A DNA stretch of 64,000 nt from a virus, in IMG/VR virus record IMGVR_UViG_3300044712_000499, positions 15,490 through 79,489 of that record, one strand, 5' to 3'. The notes under the pieces are model-generated. The model was not told where the DNA came from. It searched no databases and saw nothing but the letters and a program-made list of their open reading frames with translations. This document shows positions 9,039-17,146 of the stretch, piece by piece. Made by a program: the position numbers and the translations under genes. Within the stretch, counting starts at the first letter, position 1, and each line of letters starts with the position of its first letter.

Positions 9039-9830
9039 TTACTCATTGCTTTTCCTTTTGATTACCATGGCAATTTTTCTTCTAGGAATCAGAATATACA
9101 ACTCATCTCCATTGAACGTGGCAGAGTAACTCTTTCGCTCAAGCGGGAGGTGTACCGTATTTCTCTCAAGCAATACCTCATCTCCTGGTTGTAGGTCTTG
9201 GTGGTCTATGTAGGATTTAACTTTATATGATCTATTGCAGGTTCCAACATACCGGACTATAGCTCTTGTCTTGTCTATTTTGTCTTCGCTTGTAACGTCT
9301 AAGGCTGATAACTTTGGGAGGTTTACTGTTTGACAGAGTACGTAGCCGTTAAGAGGGATGACTTTAATAACTTCCCTTAATCCACCCTCAAAGTTTCCTC
9401 CAAGTTTCCACAGTTCGACTTCTTTTCTCTTTGCCACATAGCAGTCAGCATAAGGCAGTATCTTGTAGGTCTTGCCCTCGCAAAGGACTTCATGCGAATT
9501 TGCCGATTCTATTAAAGAGAAAAAAACCACGTCTGATTCTTGTAGTTCCATATCGGTATCCCATTCCATAGAATTAGGATCATTCTCATTGTAGTAGAGC
9601 TTTGGTGGGCACTTGTAAACTATACCCCATACCTCTTGAAGATTTGCGGGATGAGAGTCCGAACCTTCAGCGTAATTTACTGACCGATTAAACCCATATA
9701 CGATTCCGCTTCTCGTTGTAGCACCATCGCTAGAGTACGTCATCTCTACAATCACTTGGTTGCACTTGTCGGTTAAGATACCTTCATCAAGTTGCTTTCT
9801 TGTCAGTTCTATCTTTGGGTTTTCTATCAT
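9039..9830 (-). CDS. Tandem double GroES-like (Cpn10) protein
   Basis: Domain 1: TTRSGIV...GIV...DVVFF...EGKTYKIL. Domain 2: IPLNGYVL...AIVRYVG...LQPGDEVL. Confidence 0.7.
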   Translation of the reverse strand: MIENPKIELTRKQLDEGILTDKCNQVIVEMTYSSDGATTRSGIVYGFNRSVNYAEGSDSHPANLQEVWGIVYKCPPKLYYNENDPNSMEWDTDMELQESDVVFFSLIESANSHEVLCEGKTYKILPYADCYVAKRKEVELWKLGGNFEGGLREVIKVIPLNGYVLCQTVNLPKLSALDVTSEDKIDKTRAIVRYVGTCNRSYKVKSYIDHQDLQPGDEVLLERNTVHLPLERKSYSATFNGDELYILIPRRKIAMVIKRKSNE

Positions 9831-10069
9831 AATTGTTCAAACATTAGCTTGTTATACTCTTCTTCATTAAGAGTTATACCCCTTATCTTTTTTCCGCAAG
9901 AGGGGCAGTAGTTAACATGGAATCCCCCTATGCAAGCCATGGTATATTTTTTAGTACCATCCTCTTCATAGAAATACCACTTAAATGTTGGGAGTATTTT
10001 CTTTATGGGCTCACAGCAAAATTCAGTTTCCATTTTTCTTATCTTTATTTTCAAACCATATTTCAACAT
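9827..10069 (-). CDS. Small Cys-rich hypothetical protein
   Basis: FCC and YCPSCG motifs. Confidence 0.6.
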   Translation of the reverse strand: MLKYGLKIKIRKMETEFCCEPIKKILPTFKWYFYEEDGTKKYTMACIGGFHVNYCPSCGKKIRGITLNEEEYNKLMFEQL

Positions 10070-10280
10070 CCGGTGTAACGCCTATTTCATGCTCAATTTC
10101 CCCATCGAACTCTATAAGTAGTCTATCTCTCTTAGTCTTATTAACGTAAGAAATAGATAATACCTTTAGCGGGGATGCCATACCTGCCCTAAAGAAATGA
10201 TCACCAACTATGTAGGTAGTACTGATTATATCTCCCGACACGGGGACTTTATTGAAGCGGATGCTCGTTATTTCTTTCAT
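10023..10280 (-). CDS. Hypothetical protein
   Basis: 85-aa ORF in a tight operon. Confidence 0.6.
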   Translation of the reverse strand: MKEITSIRFNKVPVSGDIISTTYIVGDHFFRAGMASPLKVLSISYVNKTKRDRLLIEFDGEIEHEIGVTPDVEIWFENKDKKNGN

Positions 10281-10287
10281 TTACTAA

Positions 10288-10500
10288 TTAAAACATATTC
10301 CATGTTTTATCCATGTTTAAAATACCATCAGCTTTGAAATTATCATCTTGCAATTCAAGATTCCCGTTTTTATACATTTTATCCCTATTTATTTTAAGGA
10401 CTTCAATAGCTTTTTCTTTTGCTTCTTCTTCTGACTCAGATTTAACATGGATACAAATAATTGCTTTATAGCCAAATGTTACTTGATAATTTGTTTTCAT
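10288..10500 (-). CDS. Hypothetical protein
   Basis: 70-aa ORF with a V.A.SEEEA.EKA-type motif. Confidence 0.65.
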   Translation of the reverse strand: MKTNYQVTFGYKAIICIHVKSESEEEAKEKAIEVLKINRDKMYKNGNLELQDDNFKADGILNMDKTWNMF

Positions 10501-11198
10501 TTCATTATTTGATTTAGTATTTCTCTTTCCTCAGTACTTAAAATTTCGTATAGCTTTTGCGGGTCTTCCCTCTCCTTGATCTTCTTACACCAAAAGTCAA
10601 CACGATTCAGGTTTTGCTTGCTCTTAATATCGAATACTACTGCATCATCCACAATCTTACTCGTCTGCACATGTGGTTTGATAGCTAAAGTAACAAGCCC
10701 GTCAAGCCCCCAGTTCTTATCTTTAGTCCATGGTCGCCAGTCAACCTTGTCAAGCACGCTAGAGCTTATAGTCTTGCACACTCCTAGCATACTCTTTCCT
10801 GTGAATTTAACCATGTCTCCTTTGTATATCCCTGCCGTGCCAAAGAAATAGATGTTCTGTACTCCTACTAAGTCATAGCCTTTCTGTACTTCTGTATTTA
10901 TTCTTTGGTAGGTTTCTGTACTCATAACATTGTCGGAACCCAAAATCATGCAATAGTCTACTTTTATTGACCTCATATAAGCCATGGCACGGTTGTATTT
11001 CTCTGAAACGGGGTAGTTCTCCTGTTCTATGTGTACTATATGCCCGTTTTCACATATCCCTTTGTCCTCTGAGCCACTTACTACCACTGCGGGTATGTAT
11101 GTCTCGGTTTCACGTCTTAAACGGTTCACAGACTCCACCCACAAGCTCAAAATGAGAGGTCTATTATGGTTAGCGCAAATAAGTCCCAATGTTTTCAT
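10497..11198 (-). CDS. GT2-like glycosyltransferase
   Basis: LGLICANHNRP, KYNRAM, MILGSDN, WGLD. Start refined to MKTLG at 11198, coupled to the upstream small ORF. Confidence 0.7.
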   Translation of the reverse strand: MKTLGLICANHNRPLILSLWVESVNRLRRETETYIPAVVVSGSEDKGICENGHIVHIEQENYPVSEKYNRAMAYMRSIKVDYCMILGSDNVMSTETYQRINTEVQKGYDLVGVQNIYFFGTAGIYKGDMVKFTGKSMLGVCKTISSSVLDKVDWRPWTKDKNWGLDGLVTLAIKPHVQTSKIVDDAVVFDIKSKQNLNRVDFWCKKIKEREDPQKLYEILSTEEREILNQIMK

Positions 11199-11359
11199 TA
11201 TCCTTTTGGTATAAAGAAAGTCCACGTCTTTGCCTGTGGATGCTCGGCTCTCCAAAACTTATATTTAATAAAGCCAACTCCGAAAACCAAAGAAGCAATG
11301 GCAAGAACTAGTCCTACCACAAGCATATTATACTTTAATTTTTGAAAAAACTTTTTCAT
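11198..11359 (-). CDS. Small single-TM protein (53 aa, not in track)
   Basis: MKKFFQKLKYNMLVVGLVLAIASLVFGVGFIKYKFWRAEHPQAKTWTFFIPKG; follows the promoter at 11403-11410; TAATG coupling to the next gene. Confidence 0.6.
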   Translation of the reverse strand: MKKFFQKLKYNMLVVGLVLAIASLVFGVGFIKYKFWRAEHPQAKTWTFFIPKG

Positions 11360-11440
11360 CGCCCGTTAAAGATTAAATTATTACTTATTCTCTTGTTTCT
11401 TGCAAAGATAGTATAGATTAATTAGAAATACAAATTTATT

Positions 11441-12223
11441 TTAACCTTTGGTGGTTTCAAGTAATTCAAATTGTTCTATAACTTTAAATATCTGTAACGC
11501 AACGCCTGGTACTATCGCATTGCCATAAGCCTTTATAGATTCTCTTCTCCATTCTGAAACGGTAATTCCGTCCATTGCGGTGGAAACCCCATCATTGTTG
11601 CTAACAACGTCGGATTCGGATATACGGTACGCTTCTTGAAACCTATTCTGTAGTTCAGAAAATGTTTTAATTGACTTTTCCACCTTTCTCTGTTTAGTGC
11701 AGACTTTGGTGTGCTCCCTTTCCAATCGCTTGTTGTTGGAGTAGGCAATAAACCATACCCTATCTCTGCTATGGGGGGCATCAACGGCACAAGCTGGAAG
11801 TATAATCGGTTGTACGACGTACCCTTGAAGTTCCAGGTCAGTACACACCTGCTCGAATACCAATCCCCCGTTCCAATTAACAATTCCATAAACATTTTCT
11901 CCCACAACCCAAACCGGTTCAATCTGCTTAATAACTTCAAGCATTCGAGGCCAGAGATGGCGGTTATCATTCGTGCCCTCTCTTTTTCCCGTTTGGCTAA
12001 AGGGTTGGCATGGAAACCCTCCGGTAAGTATGTCAATTCTTCCTCGGTGAATAGAGAAGTCTGTTTTTGTGATGTCTCCATAACTTATTGCATTAGGCCA
12101 GTAATATTTTAAAACTTTTCGTCCAAATTCATTCCATTCACAATGAAACACATTATTCCATCCCATCCATTGAGCAGCCATATCAAATCCGCCAATCCCG
12201 CTAAAGAGTGAACCATGTCTCAT
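11441..12223 (-). CDS. dcm: DNA cytosine-5 methyltransferase (alpha-type chain lacking an obvious motif IX)
   Basis: Motif I FSGIGG, IV GFPCQPFS, VI ENV, VIII SRDRVWF, X AYGNAIVP. Confidence 0.92.
   Translation of the reverse strand: MRHGSLFSGIGGFDMAAQWMGWNNVFHCEWNEFGRKVLKYYWPNAISYGDITKTDFSIHRGRIDILTGGFPCQPFSQTGKREGTNDNRHLWPRMLEVIKQIEPVWVVGENVYGIVNWNGGLVFEQVCTDLELQGYVVQPIILPACAVDAPHSRDRVWFIAYSNNKRLEREHTKVCTKQRKVEKSIKTFSELQNRFQEAYRISESDVVSNNDGVSTAMDGITVSEWRRESIKAYGNAIVPGVALQIFKVIEQFELLETTKG
11533..12081 (-). CDS. Overlapping alternative-frame ORF, putative MTase beta subunit carrying motif IX
   Basis: 182-aa ORF nested in dcm; LLPTPTTSDWKG and NPTLLATMMGFPPQWT resemble the motif IX GFP..W segment. 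Confidence 0.55.
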   Translation of the reverse strand: METSQKQTSLFTEEELTYLPEGFHANPLAKREKERARMITAISGLECLKLLSRLNRFGLWEKMFMELLIGTGDWYSSRCVLTWNFKGTSYNRLYFQLVPLMPPIAEIGYGLLPTPTTSDWKGSTPKSALNRERWKSQLKHFLNYRIGFKKRTVYPNPTLLATMMGFPPQWTELPFQNGEENL

Positions 12224-12653
12224 ACCTCCAAAAGTAAATCAAATTAATTAAATATCCAAATCTTTAGTAGGTTTTGTTTTAAACTTTAGCGGGTTTGCTC
12301 ATAAAAGAGCATAGTATGGGCTTTTGTTTTGCATTTGGTTTCTCTCAATTTTGAATCTTTTAACTCTCATCCGAGAACCAAAGAAGAATCTGCTATTGTT
12401 TCGCTCAACTCTGGGTGGTAGGCATAGTCCCCCTTACCCCCACAGCCTTTATGCCATGGAAGTAGCCTACCACCCGTCGTCTCGCTTACAACCCTTCATC
12501 TTGTAATATCCTTCATACTACCGAAAACAAAAACCCGACCTCTACTGGCTCGATTGTTAATGTTTTTGATACCGTAACAATTATGGTATCCCGCTTATGT
12601 GGTGGCTTGGCGGGCTCATCGCCACCTAAAGATTATATGAGTTATGGGAAATG

Positions 12654-12727
12654 AAAAAGAGGGAGGACTTTATTTGCACATGATGTAAGACTGCGATTCG
12701 ATGACCGCTTACCTCCCTCTATTTGAA
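12654..12727 (-). ncRNA. Candidate ~75-nt small RNA / attenuator
   Basis: Promoter TTTG(12758-61)-20 nt-TAAATTTG(12731-38); 9-bp stem AGAGGGAGG/CCTCCCTCT plus U-tract. Confidence 0.45.
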
Positions 12728-12848
12728 ATACAAATTTACTCAAATTAATCATCATGTGCAAATATTTTGACTTAATTCTCCGCAAAGATAATACTTTTTT
12801 TGAATATAAAAAATCCGCCAAAGACTTGCACGATAATTTTATTATAAT

Positions 12849-12856
12849 TATCTTTG
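12849..12856 (+). promoter_or_regulatory. Bacteroidota -7 element (TATCTTTG)
   Basis: Exact TAnnTTTG. Further plus-strand boxes at 16369, 23920, 30840, 34906, 35380, 38353, 45082, 45466, 46148 and 49770, all near gene starts. Confidence 0.7.
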
Positions 12857-12975
12857 TATTGAATACAACAATATGCCCCTCGGTTGAAACGGGGTTAATT
12901 ACTAACCGATTTTTTGCTGATTACAAGGATGAAGTTTACCGAGGGGTTCTTTGAAAGTTATTAACTCTATATATT

Positions 12976-13236
12976 ATGTGGATTACTTTACCGGTTCTTT
13001 GGGCAGACGATGATTGGGAAAGGAAAGAAGACCTTGGGCAGGACGTGGAATACCACGAAGACGACCTGAGTATAAATGTCAATAGTATCACTGCCTATCA
13101 TAAAGATGATGAGGGAACCTTAATGCTCAGACTTAATAATGGTGACGTTTTTAGATCAAGGATTAAGTTTGAGTCCTTTGTTGCCCTTCTTAATGATTGT
13201 AATGTACAGGTAGAGTTAAAGTACACAGATAACTAA
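12976..13236 (+). CDS. Hypothetical protein
   Basis: 86-aa acidic ORF downstream of a promoter. Confidence 0.65.
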   Translation: MWITLPVLWADDDWERKEDLGQDVEYHEDDLSINVNSITAYHKDDEGTLMLRLNNGDVFRSRIKFESFVALLNDCNVQVELKYTDN

Positions 13237-13252
13237 GTTCTTTTTTTCTTTT

Positions 13253-13468
13253 GCAGTAGTGTGTGCCGATGGGTCGGCAAAGGGGAACACTCTGGGTAAC
13301 ACGGTGAGTTAAGCGATTAGTAACCGTATCTTCAATAATTCATAGACCCTCTTCTCGTTGTGTGTGATATAGTCCGCTACGACTATGACTTAGAGAAGTA
13401 ATTTCCGAGACTGCTACAGGATATGCAGCACAGCAATGTGGTACGGAATCACGCAAATGCAAGCAATT
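13253..13468 (+). ncRNA. Candidate structured non-coding RNA (~215 nt)
   Basis: No credible ORF; nested stems TGCCGA/TCGGCA, ACGGT/ACCGT, CTTCTC/GAGAAG, ATAGTC/GACTAT, TTCCG/CGGAA, CTGC/GCAG; ends at a terminator. Confidence 0.5.
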
Positions 13469-13503
13469 AAAAAGGCTACTCTTTCGGGTAGCCTTTCTTT
13501 TTA
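13469..13503. terminator. Bidirectional intrinsic terminator
   Basis: AAAGGCTAC-tctttcgg-GTAGCCTTT with A-run 5' and T-run 3', between convergent units. Confidence 0.8.
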
Positions 13504-14415
13504 TCTAGCTGTTGGCATCATTATTCCTGATTTACACTTTAGTGGGGTATCCACCTTACGACTACGGCAGATAGCACCACAGTCTTTGCACCTAAAGGCT
13601 AAGTACCTATTAACAGATGTAGAGTAGTGACCGCACTCATCAATATTAGTTGAACCGCAAGTAGGACAAGATGGTTCTATTGACTCCTGGTAGATAGCCA
13701 TGTTAGGATGAGACTTTATATAAGGTCTTAGGAATACGTATGCTTCTTCTTCAAGTAGTACGTCCTTCTTATTGTAGGTTAGCATCTCCTGTAATCTTTC
13801 CGGTACTCCCTGCATACAATCAAGCCATAGTTGATATTCTGTATGAATCTTTCTGTCGTGCAATAGAAGTTCGCTTATGTAGTCTAGTTTGTTGGACGCA
13901 AACCTGAAGTTCTGTTGTGCTATTGTAAGTGTATCTATGGTGCGGTATGGTGATGGTGGTGCAAGTTTATTAACAATGAAGCGAGTCTGCGCCTTAGGGA
14001 TATCAAATCGGTTTATGTTGTGACCTATAACTACATCGCATTGATCTAAAAACTTCCACAGTTCTCTTGCTATGCGTGAGTCATCTCTATTTACAGCCTC
14101 TTCGGGAGTGACAACAGACCCATAGACCTTAGAATCAAATAACCACTTCCATGAGTAGGATAACATGAACCAATCATTGATTACCTGCTCATAACCTATC
14201 CTTTGCTTCCATGTACCCCATACGTTAACCTGCATAGGGCTAGTCTCGATATCTAAGATACCTACTTTAGGTTGTTTTGTTTCCCAAAATCTTTTCTTTC
14301 TTTCGTAGCGTCTGAGTGTTTCGGCTGTAATGCCAAAGTGTTGGAGTGTTTCTGTTTCGCCATTTTCATTTAAGAAGGCAAGTACTTTTTCTAGATATTC
14401 TATGCTTACAGCCAT
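13501..14415 (-). CDS. DEDD/RNase H-like 3'-5' exonuclease with N-terminal HTH-like and C-terminal Zn-finger regions
   Basis: LDIETSP, GHNINRFD, DTL, YNKKDV; CPTCGS...CKDCG. Confidence 0.8.
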   Translation of the reverse strand: MAVSIEYLEKVLAFLNENGETETLQHFGITAETLRRYERKKRFWETKQPKVGILDIETSPMQVNVWGTWKQRIGYEQVINDWFMLSYSWKWLFDSKVYGSVVTPEEAVNRDDSRIARELWKFLDQCDVVIGHNINRFDIPKAQTRFIVNKLAPPSPYRTIDTLTIAQQNFRFASNKLDYISELLLHDRKIHTEYQLWLDCMQGVPERLQEMLTYNKKDVLLEEEAYVFLRPYIKSHPNMAIYQESIEPSCPTCGSTNIDECGHYSTSVNRYLAFRCKDCGAICRSRKVDTPLKCKSGIMMPTAR

Positions 14416-14720
14416 TATTTATTTTTTTGGTTAGTAGATTTAATCTTTAGCGGGTGTATGAGATCGTCTATGACGGTTAACTCTTTCTTCCAGTCATCTT
14501 CAAAATGGCTTGTACGCCTATCCCTAAACAGTTTTTCGTCACTCATTCTACGAGAGTAACCTTTTGTATAGGCTACAGAGTAAACGCCCTCTAAAGTGTT
14601 ATTTACTATCTCTGTTGTGGGGTTCGTTTTAACTATCCTATCAGCTACAGCTACAAGGTAGTCCTTTGGCAGGGTATGAGGTCTCTTGACCTTTCCTTTT
14701 GACTTCTTCTTTTTCGACAT
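14415..14720 (-). CDS. Basic hypothetical protein
   Basis: Lys-rich N-terminus; promoter at 14737-14744. Confidence 0.65.
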   Translation of the reverse strand: MSKKKKSKGKVKRPHTLPKDYLVAVADRIVKTNPTTEIVNNTLEGVYSVAYTKGYSRRMSDEKLFRDRRTSHFEDDWKKELTVIDDLIHPLKIKSTNQKNK

Positions 14721-14780
14721 ATCTCTTGATTTTTGACAAATGTACTAACAATAAGTGATTTATCCAAAACTTTTGTTGCT

Positions 14781-14849
14781 TTTTATGAAAAACATTTACT
14801 TTCTGTGAAAATTATTTAAAAAACACTTGCTTTTATGAAAAACATTTAC
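14781..14849. repeat. 19-bp direct repeat TTTTATGAAAAACATTTAC x2, 50 bp apart, in a divergent promoter region
   Basis: Copies at 14781-14799 and 14831-14849. Confidence 0.85.
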
Positions 14850-14872
14850 GACCTTTGTAAAAAATATATTGT

Positions 14873-15175
14873 ATGACAACCGAACTACAAGAATTAAAGT
14901 TCATAGACTACGCAAAGACCTTCAACCAGAAGTTAACCTTTGCCCTGCTAAAGATAGGAGACTGTAAAGAGATAAGTGAGGAAGAAGAATTATTACTTAA
15001 GGAGGTTTTCAGAATCCAGTGGTTCGGTAACTATCCCCTTTTTGTGACTAAACTTGCACTAGAGCAACAAACGGTAAGCCAAACTGGCTTGTTCGACTGC
15101 AATTCTGTCAGTACAACCGATGAAACCGCCAATGGCATGACTGTTGCTTATACTCCGACAGAACCAACAATTTAA
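14873..15175 (+). CDS. Hypothetical protein
   Basis: 100-aa ORF, first gene of the divergent unit. Confidence 0.6.
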   Translation: MTTELQELKFIDYAKTFNQKLTFALLKIGDCKEISEEEELLLKEVFRIQWFGNYPLFVTKLALEQQTVSQTGLFDCNSVSTTDETANGMTVAYTPTEPTI

Positions 15176-15179
15176 AGAG

Positions 15180-15473
15180 ATGATTAAGAAGTATAGATTT
15201 GCAGACAGAACAAATGATGATCTAGCCCAGGTATTTGATGATTTCTTTGGGTGGCCTTTCGCCTCTAGTTACAGCGTGAACGGTAGGCTGGTCAATACGG
15301 ATGACTACGAAATTCGACCTAAGAAGCACACCATTGAACGTAAGATTAAGGAAGCCGAGCAAAGACTTGAATCCTTAAAAACCCAGAAAAAGAATTGGGA
15401 GAGAACATGGGACGAACAGAAGAAACAGATAGAAGACGAGATATTTGACTTACAGAAGAAACTTTCAACATAA
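15180..15473 (+). CDS. Hypothetical coiled-coil protein
   Basis: Start refined to MIKKY; heptad-like C-terminus. Confidence 0.65.
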   Translation: MIKKYRFADRTNDDLAQVFDDFFGWPFASSYSVNGRLVNTDDYEIRPKKHTIERKIKEAEQRLESLKTQKKNWERTWDEQKKQIEDEIFDLQKKLST

Positions 15474-15490
15474 TTTAAAAACAAGATAAG

Positions 15491-15640
15491 ATGGCAACAG
15501 AAGAAGAACGGCTTCAACAAGCTAGAGACGAAGAATTAAGAGAACGTGCAGTAGCCTTTGCAAGAGACTTCCGCAAGGAGGGAGCTAAGGAACTTATAGC
15601 AGAAGCAAAAATTATCTACAAATACCTTAAAAACGGGTAG
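15491..15640 (+). CDS. Small hypothetical protein (49 aa, not in track)
   Basis: MATEEERLQQARDEELRERAVAFARDF...LKNG; good start context. Confidence 0.6.
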   Translation: MATEEERLQQARDEELRERAVAFARDFRKEGAKELIAEAKIIYKYLKNG

Positions 15641-15687
15641 TGGATTTAAAACAAGAGAACCCAAAAACAAGAGACATGACGACAGAG

Positions 15688-15714
15688 AGGGGGTTGGAAA
15701 CTTCCCCCTTTTTT
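15688..15714 (+). terminator. Intrinsic terminator
   Basis: AGGGGG-ttggaaactt-CCCCCT followed by a T-run. Confidence 0.7.
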
Positions 15715-15777
15715 AATACCATTTTGTAAGTCACGTTTTACACCATTTGAATTTTTGTAAAAGATATACTGCCTTAT

Positions 15778-16041
15778 ATGATACGACAAGAAAGAAGAAG
15801 TTCGCTGAGAGAGATGACCAAAGAGATAAGTAAGTTTGAAAAGACTGGACTTTATAAGTCTATGGTGGGTTATTTCAATAAACTCCCCAAAGATCAATAT
15901 GAACTACTAGAAAAGGGAACGCACGAAAACCCGCTAAAGCAAAACGAGTTTAACGGTTTCATGCGTCTTATGAAAGGTTATATAGAGTTACAGACTAGAG
16001 CTGACTATCTAAGGTCACTCAGAGTAGGCGAAAAGCACTGA
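15778..16041 (+). CDS. Hypothetical protein
   Basis: 87-aa ORF; 3' end overlaps the convergent groES-like gene. Confidence 0.5.
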   Translation: MIRQERRSSLREMTKEISKFEKTGLYKSMVGYFNKLPKDQYELLEKGTHENPLKQNEFNGFMRLMKGYIELQTRADYLRSLRVGEKH

Positions 16042-16293
16042 ACTTTCCGGTAATAAAAAATAGTCCGTAGAATCGTCGTCTACATTAAATTTTGTTGCTG
16101 ACAGTCTAGGGTAAAGAACTATCATTCCTTCTTTGATGGTTTCACAGGCAGACCCCGTTAGGATTACCTTACCACTTAATGTATCATTCTTTGTTACTTG
16201 CACCGGAGCGATTATACCGCTAGGCCGAACTGTTTCGACCTTATCCAACTGCTGTAAAATCAATTTTGTAGGAAGTACTAAGCCACGTCTCAT
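16015..16293 (-). CDS. groES: GroES/Cpn10-like co-chaperonin
   Basis: RPSGIIAP mobile loop, GKVILTG, IKEGMIVLY, YFLLPESSVL. Confidence 0.8.
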   Translation of the reverse strand: MRRGLVLPTKLILQQLDKVETVRPSGIIAPVQVTKNDTLSGKVILTGSACETIKEGMIVLYPRLSATKFNVDDDSTDYFLLPESSVLFAYSE

Positions 16294-16394
16294 GTTTCTC
16301 TTGTTTTAGTTTTGACAAAGATACTTAAAATTCTTGTTTATTTGTTTTGAAAAGTCAATTTGTTTATTTATCTTTGAATAAAATTACAAGAGAG

Positions 16395-16487
16395 ATGACA
16401 ACAAATCAATTCTATGATGACAATAAGGAGTGGATACTGCTCTTTGGTGTTTTGGTGGTAGCTACTTTGATAATGTGGTTTGCATGA
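16395..16487 (+). CDS. 30-aa single-TM peptide (not in track)
   Basis: MTTNQFYDDNKEWILLFGVLVVATLIMWFA, immediately after the promoter at 16369-16376. Confidence 0.45.
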   Translation: MTTNQFYDDNKEWILLFGVLVVATLIMWFA

Positions 16488-16507
16488 TACGAGAATCAAA
16501 AGGTAAT

Positions 16508-17146
16508 ATGTATTCTTGGGTTACGCACACATGGAATACTGTTAAGGGAGAATGCCCACATGGTTGTACTTATTGCTATATGAAGCGATGGGGTACACAG
16601 ACTCCTGTCAGATTTGATTATGATGAACTAAAGACAGACCTAGGATCGGGCAATATTATCTTTGTCGGCTCTAGTTGCGATTTATTTGCAGAAGCTATCC
16701 CTAGTGAATGGATTCACAACACACTACAACACTGTAATATTTACGATTCAAATGAGTATTTATTTCAAAGTAAGAACCCCAAAGGATTTGCTTATATAAG
16801 GCAACACCAGATACCAAAATACAGACTTTGCACTACAATAGAAACAAATAGGGTTTATCCTAAAGAGATGCAACTATCGCCATCCCCTATGGAAAGAGCA
16901 CTTGCATTATCTAAGTATGTTTTGGATTATCGGTATGTGACCATTGAGCCTATTATGGACTTCGATATTGATGAGTTGGTAACGCTGATTGAAATGATTG
17001 CGCCCGATCAAGTAAATATAGGAGCAGACAGTGGCAACAACGACTTACCCGAACCGTCTAAAGATAAAGTTATATCTCTTATAGAAGAACTATCTAGGTT
17101 TACTACCATAGATAGAAAGACTAACTTAGCAAGGCTTTTAAAATGA
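16508..17146 (+). CDS. DUF5131 / phage Gp37-Gp68 radical-SAM-like protein
   Basis: TWNTVKGECPHGCTYCY (CxxxCxxC), FVGSSCDLF, FQSKNP, VTIEPI. Start refined to MYSW. Confidence 0.82.
   Translation: MYSWVTHTWNTVKGECPHGCTYCYMKRWGTQTPVRFDYDELKTDLGSGNIIFVGSSCDLFAEAIPSEWIHNTLQHCNIYDSNEYLFQSKNPKGFAYIRQHQIPKYRLCTTIETNRVYPKEMQLSPSPMERALALSKYVLDYRYVTIEPIMDFDIDELVTLIEMIAPDQVNIGADSGNNDLPEPSKDKVISLIEELSRFTTIDRKTNLARLLK

Noticed and set aside
15180-15473. Hsp20-like FDDFFGWPF N-terminus
   Set aside because: No alpha-crystallin domain follows; the rest is coiled coil.
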